A DNA stretch of 64,000 bases from Torpedo marmorata. Taxonomy: Eukaryota. Shown here one piece after another: positions 62,829 to 64,000 of this stretch. The notes beneath the pieces were generated by a model. The model was given only the letters and a program-made list of their open reading frames with translations, was not told the DNA's origin and searched no databases. The stretch lies in NCBI GenBank assembly GCA_977017645.1, contig OZ360245.1, positions 37,820,001 to 37,884,000 of the forward strand, written 5' to 3'. A program made the translations under genes and the position numbers. The number at the start of each line of letters is the position of its first letter. Positions within the stretch are counted from its first letter, which is position 1.

Positions 62829-64000
62829 GATTCTAAATTAATATCAACAAGAAAGAAAAATTCACCTATTTTTAAACATTTGTTAGAAATATGGAATAAG
62901 ACGGATAAGGAAATAGGAGGAAAAGGATTGATTTCTTCAAGGATGCCTTTATATCAAAATTGACTTATTCCATTTATTATTAATAATCAATTATTTAAAA
63001 TTTGGTTTCAAAAAGGAATTAAGAAGATTAATGATTGTTTTGAAGCTGGGAAATTTATTACTTTTCAAAGAATGAAAGATAAATTTAATATATTAGATAA
63101 TACACTTTTTGCTTATTATCAAATTAGAGCTTTTCTGATTGAGAAATTAGGTTATGCTTTGATTTTACCAAGACAAAATGAATTAGAATTATTAGTTACT
63201 AATGGAGATGTTAATAAATTTATTTCTCAAATGTATAAATTGTTTCAGAGGAAAATGCCTAAAGTAGGATTGCATAAATCATATTAAAATGGGAATTAGA
63301 TTTGAATGTAAGAATAGATGAAAATCGTTGGAAAGAATTATGTAAATTAAGTATGACGAAGATTATTAATGTTAGATATAGATTAGTACAATACAATTTT
63401 TTTTCATCAATTATATTTAACACCTAAAAAATTAAAGAAATTTAATCCGACACTATCAGGTTTATGTTTTAGATGTAATAAAGAGGAAGGGTCTTTTGTA
63501 CATTCTACATGGTTTTGTACAAAAGTTTATGATTTTTGGTTGAAAGTTAAAAATTTCTTAGATAAAGTATTTAAGATTACATTTCCAATGGATCCTATGA
63601 TATTTTTGTTTGGAGATATTAGAAAATTTAGTATTAAGATGAAATTAAATAAATAGAATGGCTAATTATTTGCCAGATTTGATTCATGTAGATCAAGCAG
63701 GTTTTATTAAAAATAGATATTCAAAGGACAATATAGTTAGATTGATTAGTTTAATTAATTTGCATAAAAAGAAACAAGATTTACCATTAGTTTTAACATT
63801 AGACGCTGAAAAGGCTTTTGATCGATTAGAATGGAATTTTTTATTTAAGGTATTGGAGAAATTTGGCTTTGGAAATACATTTATTAATTGGATTAAAACT
63901 ATATATAAAGAACCATCTGCTAAAGTAGTTACAAATGGACAAATTTCCTTTGACTCATTCTGCTAGACAGGGATGTCCTCTGTCACCAGCATTATTTATT
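62829..64000 (+). mobile_element. Two out-of-order L1 ORF2 segments
   Basis: 62829-63650 is the C-terminal region. From 63651 it jumps back to the RT start (DQAGFIKNR, LDAEKAFDRLEW, RQGCPLSP) and runs off the window. Confidence 0.88.

Overview
Repeat-dense vertebrate genomic DNA, almost certainly from a cartilaginous fish. This is an inference from HE1/V-SINE-type SINEs with CR1-like tails, SGNH-esterase CR1 LINEs, GIY-YIG Penelope elements and Rex1/Babar-type LINE ends. No host protein-coding gene could be recognised; every ORF I could assign is transposon-derived, so the window looks like a large intron or gene desert. It holds about 11 SINE copies, several CR1, Penelope and Rex-type fragments, young AT-rich L1-clade insertions with long TSDs clustered in the last 15 kb, three solo-LTR-like elements, hAT- and Tigger-type MITEs and a Chapaev3-like remnant. 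The most unusual items are: minimal hammerhead-ribozyme-like motifs in Penelope termini, including a ~140-bp stand-alone copy; a 1.17-kb hAT-type element built of long hairpins and an NRF1-motif minisatellite; a foldback element of hAT-like TIRs around two inverted SINE tails; a CR1 with a twin-priming-style 5' inversion; an unclassified CpG-rich insert with a dense promoter-motif cluster and mini-intron; and two phase-compatible candidate minus-strand exons. Family names come from motif recognition by eye, not database searches.
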